DNA from: Antedon mediterranea
Lineage: Eukaryota > Animalia > Echinodermata
Length of the DNA stretch: 64,000 nucleotides
Reading direction: 5' to 3'
Assembly (NCBI RefSeq): GCF_964355755.1
Contig: NC_092675.1
Coordinates: 1,173,812 to 1,237,811, forward strand
Shown here: positions 26,401-39,376 of the stretch, piece by piece
Layout of the letters: each line of letters begins with the position of its first letter
How positions within the stretch are numbered: position 1 is the stretch's first letter
Position numbers and translations under genes: made by a program
Notes under the pieces: model-generated
The model's input: the letters and a program-made list of their open reading frames with translations, nothing else
Database searches by the model: none
What the model was told of the DNA's origin: nothing

Positions 26401-29400
26401 CTTAGTTCATAGAGACAAAGTGAGCGATTTTTGTGTAATACCTTTTTATTCGTTTTTATTGCATTTTTTACTATAATTTAAATTTTGCAGTACTATTGTT
26501 TGTGAACACAATGCTTTTTTAGCCATACGGCTACAATTGTTAGTTTTTTTTATATTTAAATAAAAAATGTTGAAAAAGTGATAAATGTATGTATGTCTGT
26601 CTGTCTCAACACCAGTTTATTGAATAATCTCTCTGAACAGTACTGACGCAAGGTTAACGATATAATGGGATGACGTAAAGAGTTTTTTAACGTACAAATT
26701 ATCTAATACAAGCAAATAGAGAGCAACCAAACCAGCAATTAAGATCATTACATCATTATATATGGTATGGAAAGGTAATTGTGATGTTTACAAAATGGTT
26801 GGTGTTTTGAAACATAGTAAATACAATGGTTGTGATGATGGTGGATACATTATTTACTTTGGTAGTAGTTGTGGTGATGAAATAACGAAGGTGGTCGGTG
26901 GTGTTGGTGATGATGACACCGTCTGACAGATATACTATGATTAAACAATGCATTTGACGCACAACAGTGAACTGTGCCGATAGTAGTATCCACAATAAAT
27001 ATTGGTCGTGCATGTAACAAAAAGTGCCGTGCCGATAGCCTCCATATAGACTAGTATGCCTATACAATATATTCGCCAAAGCTCCCGCAACTTGGCAGGC
27101 GTGCTTGTTGCTGTTGTTGGCGAGAAAATCAAACATTATCATGGACAAGTCTTGGGGTTTCTCCATTTTTTAATATTATACAGTATACTATCTTTTTCTA
27201 TATACATTGACACAATTATTATAGCAATGAGAAGATGCTGATCATCGACATTAAATAGACGTTTCAATCCGTTTAAACGTACGTATTACTAATCAATTGG
27301 AATGGATATAATCCCAAACGACTCAATTACAATGCACTTAGTGACTTAGTTCTTTTTGAAAACAAAAGCAAACATTAGCGAAACTAACCTGCTTGACAGT
27401 TTCACTGTCCTGCTTAGTTTTTCAAAAAGAACTACTAACTCATGGAAATTTTTAATAATAATAATGCACTTAGTATTAATTAATAATACAAGTTGCATTT
27501 AAAAGTGTACTCATTTCAATTTCTTTCATTACCTAATAATTTGATGTATAAAAAGATTCTATAAAATTAACTCTCCATTTATAATGTAATGCAGGGAATT
27601 TTTATTAATTGCACATTAATTCATACAGTAAATAACAAAGAAAGCTGTGATATACTAATAAATTGTGATCATATATATAAGGCTTACCTACTACTATACA
27701 AATTTAGATGAAGGCCCATAACTATAGTCTGCTGTGACAAAGATAAAAGGTACATGTTTGTCAATAAAATGAACTCTACAGTTTACTAAAATGTTACCTA
27801 ATGATTATTTGAAATATTAACATCTAAACACCAAGTTAGTAAACCCACTGAAGAGGAAAAATAATGTAAACACAATAAAAGCAGCAAGTATATAAACTCG
27901 CCAATTACAAGTTGGAAACAAACCGTTTAAAAAAAAAAGTTTTGTGTAAAATTAGGAATCATCATTTCTATATTTTAATCAATTTACCTAGAATAGACAA
28001 TTACACAGTAGCGCTCACTGGCAAAACACATGGGTCCCGGAGCTTATGGGGTCCCCTGGGCAGGGCCCAAAGAAAAAAAAAACGGGCATTAAAATATGCC
28101 GAAAAGGCTAAAACGCCCGAAGCCTGCAGTGTTAGAACTTGGAGGGCCACTTAGGTTTCCAAAAACATGGAAACTAACAAGAATGCTGTAAATGATGCAG
28201 GATTTTGTGCGAGAGACCTCAGCACCTTAGCAACATGCATCCCACTTCCCACAACGGCATCCACCTCAGAATATAGATCTATATGGAACTGGATAAATTA
28301 TTATTCTATATGACTTTAATGTTAGATAATTAATCAATGAACTTAATTAGTATTAGCATGGCCTTATGCATTATTCAATGTATAGGTCCATGGTAATAGT
28401 CATTAAAAATAGTGAATTATTTGAATCAATAAATCATATTCAATATAATTCTAATTATTAAAAATAGTGTTAATGAACCAATTTGTATTATTTTTATTAA
28501 ATTGTTTTATATAATCTAAATGTCAGTAGGACCTATTTTAACATAACAATATTAGTTATAAATTATTATTTAAAAAAGAGTGTATTATTTTAATCCAAAT
28601 GTCAGTATAGTTAATACATGCATAAACACAATCAATATCAATTATAATTTATTTTAAACAGTTTATTATTTTTATAAAAAGTAGTGTATTGATTTACTAA
28701 ATAAATTATTGTATTGTTTTATACAAATTATCATTAAAATTTAAATAACACATAATATTTATGATCAATATCATTTAGTTCCAAACAATAAAGGATCAAA
28801 TATGTGTATGAATTGAATTAAATACATATTTTAATTATTATATTAATATCAAAGTAATATATTGATCAATTGAATATTTAAAAATATTCTTTTCAAATAT
28901 TTTTTTCCATAAAAATACTAAATTGTATTGAGGCAAAATATCACTGATTCGCCAACAAACGTCTAGCAACAATTTTATAATTCTTTATAACTAATATTAA
29001 TTAAGCAAGTAAACAAGAAGTCAGTTGAAAAAGATATCTGATAGAGATCGAAACTTTCAAAAAAGATATATCTTTATCTATCTATAAACATAGAAGCTAA
29101 ATGAAATTATTTGATGATTTAATATTAATTATCTATTAATTCAAATATTACACTATTTTTAATAACTGTTAAATATTACTAATATTTATATATTTATTAA
29201 TTCTAATATCATTCAAGATGCATAGAAAAATAACAACAATGCAATGTTGAACACTTTTAAATAGGCTTATTAAGATTTGTAAATTTTAGGCCTAAAGAAC
29301 TAAGCTACTCCGAGAGTATATAAGTAAAGTTTTATAAGAGCTGTTGTTTTCAAGATAGATAAGATCTACTAAACTCATGTGACAAGACAAATGCAAAGTA

Positions 29401-29401
29401 A

Positions 29402-29657
29402 ACAGGCTGCAGTGTTATTACAAGCTGCAGTGTTATTACAGGCTGCAGTGTTATTACAGGCTGCAGTGTTATTACAGGCTGCAGTGTTATTACAGGCTGC
29501 AGTGTTATTACAGGCTGCAGTGTTATTACAGGCTGCAGTGTTATTACAAGCTGCAGTGTTATTACAGGCTGCAGTGTTATTACAGGCTGCAGTGTTATTA
29601 CAGGCTGCAGTGTTATTACAGGCTGCAGTGTTATTACAGGCTGCAGTGTTATTACAT
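29402..29657. repeat. 18-bp minisatellite, ~14 copies, downstream of the MICU1 stop
   Basis: Unit CAGGCTGCAGTGTTATTA. Confidence 0.95.
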
Positions 29658-30008
29658 AAGGCAATGCTTTTGGGGATCGTTTCAATATTCAGTGCTTAAT
29701 ACTTAACTTAAAGAGTATTGTCGGAATTTAGACTTTGATTACTCAATTATATAACAGCATTAATGATTTGTGTTTCTGAAATTCTTTCCTAATATAATTT
29801 AGGGGGGGGGGGGGGGTTGATCACACTGTGTGAGAGTGAGAATGTCTGATATATATACATATAGATAATCTAACTATTATGTACTAAAGAATAATTTAAT
29901 ATTCACATCATTTTATTCTTTTTGTGTTTGCATCCTTTTTATCGACCGTATTGCTTTATACAATGAATAAATTTGATGTGAAGGTTTGCAATGATCCTTT
30001 TAGATAAG

Positions 30009-33000
30009 TCAATCCTTCAATATTTTTGTCCTCTTTGCGCACTTCCACATAGAGTAAGAGATCTTGGCTAGGCCGACTTCTTTAGGCTTGTCCAAACCTC
30101 GCATGACACGATTTTTCATCACAGATACAAATTCATGGTGACTTAGCTTGTTGTCATCTACAAATAAAAAGTTGAAATAAATTATATTGTTTTGTGCATT
30201 CACTGAACCAAAAGACAGCAGCCCATTCTCAGGATTGTATCTAAAATTGGGCTGTATCATAGGCATATTCTGTGATACGGTGTCAGATATGTTTCATATG
30301 TGATATGTATTAACAGTACCTCTTAACACTTAATTTAACCTGATAAAAGCATCACATGTGATGCTGTGTTACAGAATATGCCTATGAAACTGGACAAATG
30401 TTGTCATATGTTGAGATACACCACTGATAATATTTGGCTACGATGATATACAATAATTCTCCAACTAAACAAACATGGCAGGCTTATGAGTGTCGTACTT
30501 GGAAAAAATGGCCCCTTGAAAAAAAAGATTTACTCTTAATTTTGTTTCACCTACCATCTTCATCAAAAAGTGTAAAGACAACATCTGTTAAATGATTAGA
30601 TAGTTCTACATTGGCAACCATCTTGGCAACATGCTTAAATGTTTCTATGGAAACAATTACACAATAATATTGTTAATAATATGGCAATACAAATTATAAA
30701 TAATAAAAAATCCTTAGGATCAGGGTTTCAGAAGAGATTATTAACCATTTTGTTAGGATTAGGGTTTCAGATGAGATTATTAACCATTTTGTTAGGGTTT
30801 GCCAATTTTAAAATTCTAATTCAACTTGGATTCCTTTCGAGATTGAATTTTGTGATATCTTCATTGTTCTCACTATAATATCTCATAGACTAACCTTTAT
30901 CAACAGACGCACCAGCCACGTGATAGAATGACAATGCTAAGTCAATGTCATTGATGTTCCTTAGCATTTCATGAAGGTTGAGGTAATCCACCAAGCTTAT
31001 GCCCTAAAATGAACAACATACTCAAGTAAGTCTGAAATGGCTTCCATTTTGTAAATGTAAATGGGGAAATAACCTGCGACTTGCAGCCTACTGGGCTGAA
31101 TTGTCAGGTATGGACAACACATAAAATAACTTTTTCCTATTTAAAGGGTCCAAGACGACTTGTTCTACTACCAGAACAATGGTTGGCCGGCAAGCATATG
31201 AACACATAAAGTTTAAACAGTCAACAGTTAATTGATGTTTTTAATAATAATGATTGTTTTACCAGAGGATCGTCACGGTACTTTTTCTTGACTCGTTTCA
31301 TCATCTTAATTTCTCTTTTGCGTGTTATATTGGCGTACACAAGTAACAGATGAGCCACATGTTGTTCAGTTATCTTGCCATCCACTGGACCACAACGCTC
31401 AAACTAAATATTTTGATTATCAATTTTTAAATGATGTACAAATACATTATAAAGTTTCTGCTATAAATTAGTAAAGAACACTTCATATAAATCATATTAA
31501 TGTGAGGATTATTTCTTTTAAAAATATCAACATCTCAAAAAATTAAAAGAACATTATCAACTTTGGAATTATTGTACAGATAACGTTAATGATTATGAAA
31601 ACTCAAAAAAGCCTCATAGTACCAAGATTAAAATCATCCTCATTTTAATAGTGAGGGTTATTTCTTTAAAAAATATTAACATTCCAAAAAGCTAAAGAAC
31701 TACAATTTACCTCCATTCTTAGAAGCTCAAGTCTAAGTTCTTTCTGAAATTGAGCAAAGTCTGCTGTGGTCAATTTGCGATCTAGGTTAGGCCCAAAGAA
31801 GTATGTAGACAGTGAGCTAGCCGCAGTATGTTTGTCTAGTGTGTTGCCTGTAGTGCTGCGATCCCGATGACGTTTACCAGTAGCTGTTTGAGCTCGAATA
31901 ACATCAGTCACCTAAGAAAAGATTGTTTGAATCTAAATATTAAAACATTGTCAATTTAGTTTAAAGTTCAATTATATATAATATATTAAGGCATACAAGC
32001 AGACTCCAGGATTCCCAACATCCATAAATTGACATTGAGTTATGTTCAGCACTTCATTTTACCCTTTTAGATACTACTTCACATCCTCAACCCTCAATTT
32101 CAAAGTCCTGAATCCAATAATATTCTATAAGTTACATAAAACAAGAAATATACCTTAGAAAATTCATCATTTGACACAACACCATCGCCGTTTAGATCAA
32201 ACAATCGAAAGGCAATCTCAAAATGTTTACTTGGAGCTGGAAACAAAATTTAAAAAATTACAAGACTTTTTGTTTAGTTTTTTCTATTTATTTGCATGTC
32301 TTTAGGCCAAGGATTACCCATAGTAAATTAATCACAGCCTCTAACCCATGCCGATATTGTTGGCTCTTTAATTTGTATGTCTTTAGGCACATGTGGCCAA
32401 GGATTACCTATAGTAAATTAATCACAGCCTCTAACCCATGCCGATATTTTTGGCTCTTTAATTTGTATGTCTTTAGGCACATGTGGCCAAGGATTACCCA
32501 TAGTAAATTAATCACAGCCTCTAACCCATGCCGATATTGTTGGCTCTTTAATTTGTATGTCTTTAGGCACATGTGGCCAAGGATTACCTATAGTAAATTA
32601 ATCACAGCCTCTAACCCATGCCGATATTGTTGGCTCTTTAATTTGTATGTCTTTAGGCACATGTGGCCAAGGATTACCCATAGTAAATTAATCACAGCCT
32701 CTAACCCATGCCAATATTGTTGGCTCTTTAATTTGTATGTCTTTAGGCACATGTGGCCAAGGATTACCTATAGTAAATTAATCACAGCCTCTAACCCATG
32801 CCAATATTGTTGGCTCTTTAATTTGTATGTCTTTAGGCACATGTGGCCAAGGATTACCTATAGTAAATTATTCACAGCCTCAAACCCATGCCAATATTGT
32901 TGGATCGTTAGGTACGATAAACGGCGCTCTTGCCTTAACCGCTTGGCTATTTGACTCAGTGAATGACAGACTACTGGTGTTGAAATATTATACTTACTAG

Positions 33001-36000
33001 ATAGAACAGTTAATAAAAACATATAATCAACAAATGATATAAGACCACACTCTCCAAGATTGAAAAAGATGCTGTTTTCTTTCAGAGAAATGTACTTCTG
33101 TTTAAATGTCTGTAAGCAACAAAAGCATTAGTATAATGTAATATATCTAAAAAATAGGAGATAAAAAATCTCCCTTTAATCATTAGATGCTACTGTAGGT
33201 GCTGATAACTGAAACGAAATTTTGAATTCATGAAAAAGTTTGTAATATTCAATAAGATGTTGACATTTTAAACTTGAGCCACTTTAATATCTATTTTTGC
33301 CTGCTTTTGTACTTAAGTTCAACATGCAGATTATTAATGTTAATTCAATGTTTATGTTAACGTAGATATTTTTTTCAAGACTAATAAAGTATGCATGATT
33401 CTTTTTGTTTTTAATCTACCAGAAAATGTATTATCGTCCATATTATGACATCATGCATTTTACTGATTTTCATGAATTTGCTTTTATACCAGAATAAAAA
33501 CATAATTTTTCAGAAATGCAGATAAACTTTAAAAAAGTGAATTTAAAATGTGTGTTTTCGTAGTCCGACTAGACTACAAAGCTACTTGTCTAAAAGACAT
33601 TCTGCATAGCATACTCTGTGAAACCCATAGACAGTACTAGACCATCAACTGTATAGACAGCAAGTGATTCCAACAAGAGAAGGGGGGGGGGGGGGAGACA
33701 CTCAAGATGGTCACCGTAATTAAATAATTTAATGCTTTAAGCATATAAAGATTTTTTCTTACAGATTAATATTCTAACTATACCAGGTATACAAGGTATT
33801 ATTATTAATTAGCATAACCCATACCAGTTGCTATTTTACATTTGAATCCATAACACCAAAAGCGATACCCATTACCAGTGTGTAATTCATAATTGATCTA
33901 GACTTGCCCCTAGTCTTTCAAATTAATCATAATAAAAATTGTCAATATTTATTTATATTAAAATATATTGCTTTAAAAGAATTCTGTTTTAGTGAATTTA
34001 AAAATAATTTGTGTAAAGAAATGATATAACAAACTAGCATAAAATCACAGAAGAAATTGTAATTTGGTAACTACCTTATGATTACTATACCTATTTTTAG
34101 TTTGTTTTTATTTTCCCTGTACATACTTTTTCTCTTGTTGCATCCTCTCTTTGGTATGAACTCCCACAATCAACCTAACCTCCTACAGTACTCATTTCGA
34201 AAGATACTACATTTTAATATATGTTCTTTAAATTGCACATGAGCTAGATTTGTACACTGAACCTAGAGTTTATAGAAGACTTGTTCTACCACCAGAACCA
34301 TGGAGTGAGTGAGTCTCAAACCCTTGCCAATGTTATGGCTACGTAATTACAGTTCCAATTTCTTAACCGCTCGGCCACTCACGGTGTTGACCAGTGTATA
34401 GTACTTCTGGCCAAATAACACTAATCGTCGAATTGTAAGCAATGAATACTACAAACAATACAAACTAAAGTGAAAGCTTTTTAAAATAAAACATGCTGTA
34501 TTAGTATAGAAAAAACAGAACACTACAACATTTTTAATTAAACAAAAACATATAAAATCTAATATTTACAAAATCAGGATTAATAACAACAATTAGATAT
34601 ATTGTGAATTTAAGAAAAACATCACTACAGTATAAACTGCAAAATTTTATAAAAATAAATTATTTTTATATTTTACTAAAAAAAAAATGCAAAAAAACAA
34701 AGAAGCAATAGGGTCGTGTTGCAATACTTTTGATTTTAATAAATTATAGTGTAGCTGTATAGCTTTAAAAAATGAATGTCCACTTTCCAAACTTAAAAAG
34801 TACTGTATAGTATAATGTATTTGACTATACTGTATAGGATTTTTTATATACAGCAGAACATCTGCCTGCATGAATAATGATAATAATATTTATTTATTTT
34901 TGTAGGCCTAGCATCTAAAAGAAAGCCGGAGTAAAAAATATCCAAATGATCAAATATACAGCCTACATTAAACAACATAATTTTGCGGACGTTCCACTTC
35001 TCTTTGATAGTAAAAGTTCCATTCTAAGTAGTTATTATGAATATAAACAGACAGGCAAAGATGCTTTAAATATAATTATTAAAAATAAATAAAATATGCC
35101 GATCTGTGTTGGGAAATTTGGGTAGGTGGTTAAAATTGGAAATTTCAGATTGCCTCGTCTGCCTCATGCTGGCTACGGCCCTAATGAATATGCTATATTC
35201 ATGAATTTTTTTTTAATGAAGTCTAGTTGCTGTCATTTTCATTCTACTCTATATAATAGTTACTTTGTTTGTGTGTGTGCAGCATTTTTTTTTTTGTGAA
35301 ACATTATGAGGCTTTTTTTAAAAACCTTGAAATGATTTAAGGATTTAGGCATATAGGATACTTTTTTACGCTTGAATGTTTTGATGTTAAATAATATTAA
35401 TTTGTATAATACTGTATTCGCTATTGTTGAAGGATAGTTATAATAAAAGTGGACATTCGTTAATAAGATATATATAGACCATGTAACAAGAAACACACAA
35501 AACAACCGATACAATTGAAAATATATATAAAAATATAACAATATTTAGTTTAATAAAAACATTTAATATGTGTTGTGAAGAGTAATATCAGTATAAAATA
35601 TACATGGTCTATAGAATGAGATAAAAAAAAAGATTTTTTTGATCAGCTAGATGCTTTGGAAAAAATTACAGCAAAATAAAAGCTATGTTTTTTTAATAAA
35701 CACAACAACCCAACAAACAAACCTGTTGGAACGTCGCCTTTTCATGTCTTAATTGCTATAAATATTTGGGTGAAAATTTATCAAAAAATTACTGATTTGT
35801 GTTTTTAAAAAAATGAAGCAAATTTTTCAGTATACTGTATTTGATAAACCGATATTAAGATTTCATAAGTTTGTAAAAGTAAAAAAATCACTAATAAAAA
35901 TAAAAGATATAAATAAATATATAAAATCAGGGATTTGAAAGATATACTTTTTAAAGATTGAAAAATAAAAATTAGTAATAAAAATAGAATTATTGAAAAA

Positions 36001-38201
36001 AAAGAAATTGTTTACGTTTACATTCCTCTGGTATCATAAAGGAAAGTGGGCTTATTTTACTCATTTTACTTTATATCCAACTATGTCCTGTCAAAGAATA
36101 TGGGGACATAAGCGTACTGAAAGAAATTTGACCAATCATGACGCGATAGAACATTTGAACTGTCGCCTGTGATTGGTCAAGTTATTTACGTCCTGCATCA
36201 TTGTGTTGCATCCAAGTAGTAACCAAACGTAACATAAACAGTACAGTAAGCAAGCATAATTGTTAGTGACAATGCTATGGCTTTCGTATCCAATCTGCAG
36301 ACACTGTTTCAATCTTATTAGATCTCGTCAGTGATATTACTCTTTTAAGAAAGACCAAAATGATTTCCCAAAAATACTGGTTTCCAGAATACATTTAGGA
36401 ACAAATTTCTACAAATATCTGTTTCAGGGAGAATTTACAGTATTTATGGAGCCATGTTTTGGAATAATCGATTAAACTACTTTTTTCAATCTACTGAAAA
36501 TCAAGAAAATACAATTATATTAAAAAAAACTATTAAATGAATTACCTTGGGTGAAATTTTGATGAATTGGTCAAGCCCAAGCCCTGTAATTATAAAAAAA
36601 AAACCATATAATCCTCCTGATGTAATGATGAATTCAGAGTTAAAATAACAGTACATTGTGGACTGTCCCACTGATTATGGAGGTGATCTACTGCAAAATT
36701 ATTCTTTTAGTAATTGTCCCCACTTTGTGGAGAAAGGGCTACTGTCGGTTTATCCAGGTAAGCAGGCACGAATTAGACAAAAGTAATTGGAAAATTTTAA
36801 TTGATTAAATTGTTGTAATTATATAAATAATTTAAATAACAAACATAAACAGTGTAATATTATTGTTCATGATTTAAAGCTCTGTGATGTCTCCAAATAT
36901 GACATCATCATGTCCATATTTTGGCACATAAAGTGTGATAGTGTAGTAGACAGAGCATTGTGACTTTTATTCCACAACTACCAAAGTTGTTTGTGAAATT
37001 GAATAATTATCACATGTAATGATTTTTTTAAAGTAATTTCATTCTCATTGGCTTTAATAATTGAACAGCTCACCATCAGGCTGTTTTTCATCAGGTGTAA
37101 TTGACCTTATGAAATCTTCTGGGGTCATAAAGATCTCGGAATCTCCGTGATCATCAACCATCTTGATCGTAGCAAAGTACCGAAAGATTTTATCGGGGGT
37201 TGAATAATGGCGGATACGATTTTCATATTCTATTATCTAAGGAAATAAAGAAAGAAACATCTAACATGTAAATTATAACTGAACAAATCTTAAAAAGATA
37301 AGGTTTATTTTCAAATACCATTATATCATTATTATAATATACACACTTTAATGAGCAAAACAAATTTAAATAAATATATAAGAAAGATTTAAAAGGGAAA
37401 AATGCAGACTTTAGCACAATAACAAACAATCCTGCCAAAAACAGACAAATATGGAAACAAATTGTGGAATGATGGAAAACATTTTCAAGAAGATATTTGA
37501 TACTAAATGTTTCCAGGGTGAATGACCTGAGGAAAATGCTGCGTTTCAAAGAATTTTTTATACCTTGCGATCTCGGAATCCTGTCCTCTTCTTTCCTTTG
37601 TCTTGTCCATCTTCCTCTTCAGAATCTTCACCTTCTGACAGATCTTCATCCTTCTGTTCCTCATCAGATGTTTCTGTTACTGTTTTATCTACAGAGGCTT
37701 GAAGTGATCTTAAATAACAAAAGTGAGAAACTCAACAGTTATTTTCAGAACTGCAAACAGTACATGGTGTATCGTTTCAGCAATTAAATATCATAGAAAG
37801 TCCATTTATTTTGGGCATGTTCTGGCTGAGTTACTTTCCCGGGGCTAATTATCACTAACTTTAATGGGGAGGTCATCAACTAAACTAAATCTTAACACAG
37901 GGTCCTTTAAAAGTCATAATTTGTTAGTATTTACTGTTTATTAGAAATTCATACTGATGATTCCTGTTCAAATAAAATAATACAGTATAAAAAGTGATGT
38001 GCTGTTAAATTCATAAATTCTTAGAATTTACCGTTTAATCGAAATTGAACCCCCTATGATTCCTGTGCCAGCACCAATCAAATAGTATAGAAGGCGTCGT
38101 CTATTTTGAATTTCATGATGGTGTTGTGTTATGCATCTTCTACCAAGTTTTGGAACTTGTGTTAGAACGCAATAACCACTTCTTAAAGTTCTTGCAAACA
38201 T
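30009..38201 (-). CDS. MICU1: mitochondrial calcium uptake protein 1 (EF-hand gatekeeper of the uniporter)
   Basis: Exons 38201-38032, 37708-37564, 37236-37074, 36583-36546, 33109-32998, 32236-32154, 31911-31711, 31403-31263, 31003-30895, 30644-30555, 30157-30009. Diagnostic motifs: [35 protein letters not shown]-hand [12 protein letters not shown], second EF-hand [12 protein letters not shown], and C-terminal SMWKCAK. The Arg-rich N-terminus resembles a presequence. Confidence 0.93.
32290..32903. repeat. 90-bp minisatellite, ~7 copies, filling most of a MICU1 intron
   Basis: Unit GGCCAAGGATTACC(C/T)ATAGTAAATTAATCACAGCCTCTAACCCATGCC...GGCACATGT. Confidence 0.95.
34180..34385 (-). mobile_element. 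tRNA-derived SINE copy
   Basis: The minus strand begins AGTGGCCGAGCGGTTAAG (A box) ... GGGTTTGAGACTC (B box-like). Homologous to 41400-41705, with fragments at ~18560, 31120 and 32905. Confidence 0.65.
35723..35755 (-). other. candidate 33-nt cassette exon of MICU1 ([11 protein letters not shown])
   Basis: Minus strand TTTATAG|CAATTAAGACATGAAAAGGCGACGTTCCAACAG|GTTTGT. It is in frame, phase 0 on both sides like the flanking exons, and followed by a UG-rich tract. Confidence 0.45.
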
Positions 38202-38559
38202 CTTTTTTCATGGAATGTACAGTTACATCTGAAATCAATATATTTGGTACTATTACATTAATATTGTATATTATGTCTTTTAACATATTAAAAGTAATCT
38301 AGGGCATTTGACAAAGTGATTTAGTCGGTTGGAAGTATATATAACCTTCGGGATAACAGACAATCAGCAACGTCCATGGACCTGGTTGTCTTTCCGACCC
38401 CCCCCCCCCCCCTTCCCCCCCCTACTTTGGCAATAAATGGTGAGTAAAGACGATTTTATCAAAAGCGCATCTATCTAGCCTGGCACTCAATGTAAACAAA
38501 ATAATGCAAGCATTTTCATCTGTCACCTCTACATACTCTATAGTCTAACAAGTTACAAG

Positions 38560-39356
38560 GCTAGATGTTTTTAGCTAGCCTATAGTAGCAGACGGTCAGT
38601 TTATATGAATATGTAGCTAGCCAACCCTCTCTAGTGACTAGTCCAGCCTAGAGGCCTAGCTTAGCTAGACTCGAGTAGGTCTACCTCCTCCTCCCCTCTA
38701 GATATAGCCTACTAGGCCTAGGCCTAAATACAGAACCGGCCTAGGCTAGGCTAGGCCTTAGGGATCTCCGGCCTTAGTTAGCCTTTATTTACATCCAATG
38801 GCTTATATTATTCATTATACTACAAACTTCTGACTAATATATCTGTTTATAATCAGTAACTTTATAATTGGTCCGAAAACAAACAAAAAAAGGAAACACA
38901 CCTTATTTTTCTCCCAAATCCATTACTAAAATCATTGTTTTCTGTTTACAATAACAGCGCCACCAAGAGGTAGGCATGGAACAACCAACATTAACAACAA
39001 CCATATCCGCCCACAAACAACTGCAACAACCAAAAGAAAATAATTCACGGTTATTATTTTTGTTGTAGGAAAGGTACGTATAATTTGTGGTTCTTATCAC
39101 TGAAAACATACAATAATAAAATTACCAGTTGAAAACATCATTAGCCTAGGCTAGTTAAATTGGTTGCTTCTATTTCACTTGTTGAACATATTCAAGGGAG
39201 GAGAATCGACTGCTCACCCACCACACACACAGTACAGAGAGCAGCAGTCAAGGAAAAACCTATTGAAAGTAGCACGGTAAATGTGGCCTCGCCTCCAAAA
39301 TTTTGTTCAAAAATAAGCTAGTTTTATCCTTATTTTATTTGCTACCCTACTTTCAG
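38560..39356. promoter_or_regulatory. putative bidirectional promoter and non-coding first exons shared by MICU1 and MCU
   Basis: The two start codons diverge ~1.2 kb apart. Both ATG-bearing exons begin with splice acceptors (38228 on -, 39357 on +), which implies non-coding upstream exons between them. Candidate + strand donor AAG|GTACGT at 39073. CTCF-like CAGCGCCACCAAGAGG at ~38955. Confidence 0.6.
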
Positions 39357-39376
39357 GTGGAGAGGTCCTTTTAGAT

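Noticed and set aside
29350-29699. QAAVLL / QPVITL repeat ORFs on both strands
   Set aside because: Artefact of a stop-free 18-bp tandem repeat.
30260-30384. TA-GGC...GCC-TA palindrome as the donor element of the TAGGCCTA scars
   Set aside because: The inverted symmetry continues outward (~30215-30445), so these are internal positions of a larger hairpin repeat rather than termini.
32223-32954. 243-aa ORF with 30-aa repeats
   Set aside because: It is the translation of a 90-bp minisatellite, antisense within a MICU1 intron.
34127-34174. Second in-frame 48-nt candidate MICU1 exon ([16 protein letters not shown])
   Set aside because: It has a GTATGT donor, but the acceptor lacks a pyrimidine tract and abuts a SINE end.
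38976-39068. ATG at 38976 as the MCU start
   Set aside because: The frame hits TAG before the donor at 39073 and has no presequence character; more likely 5' UTR or promoter.
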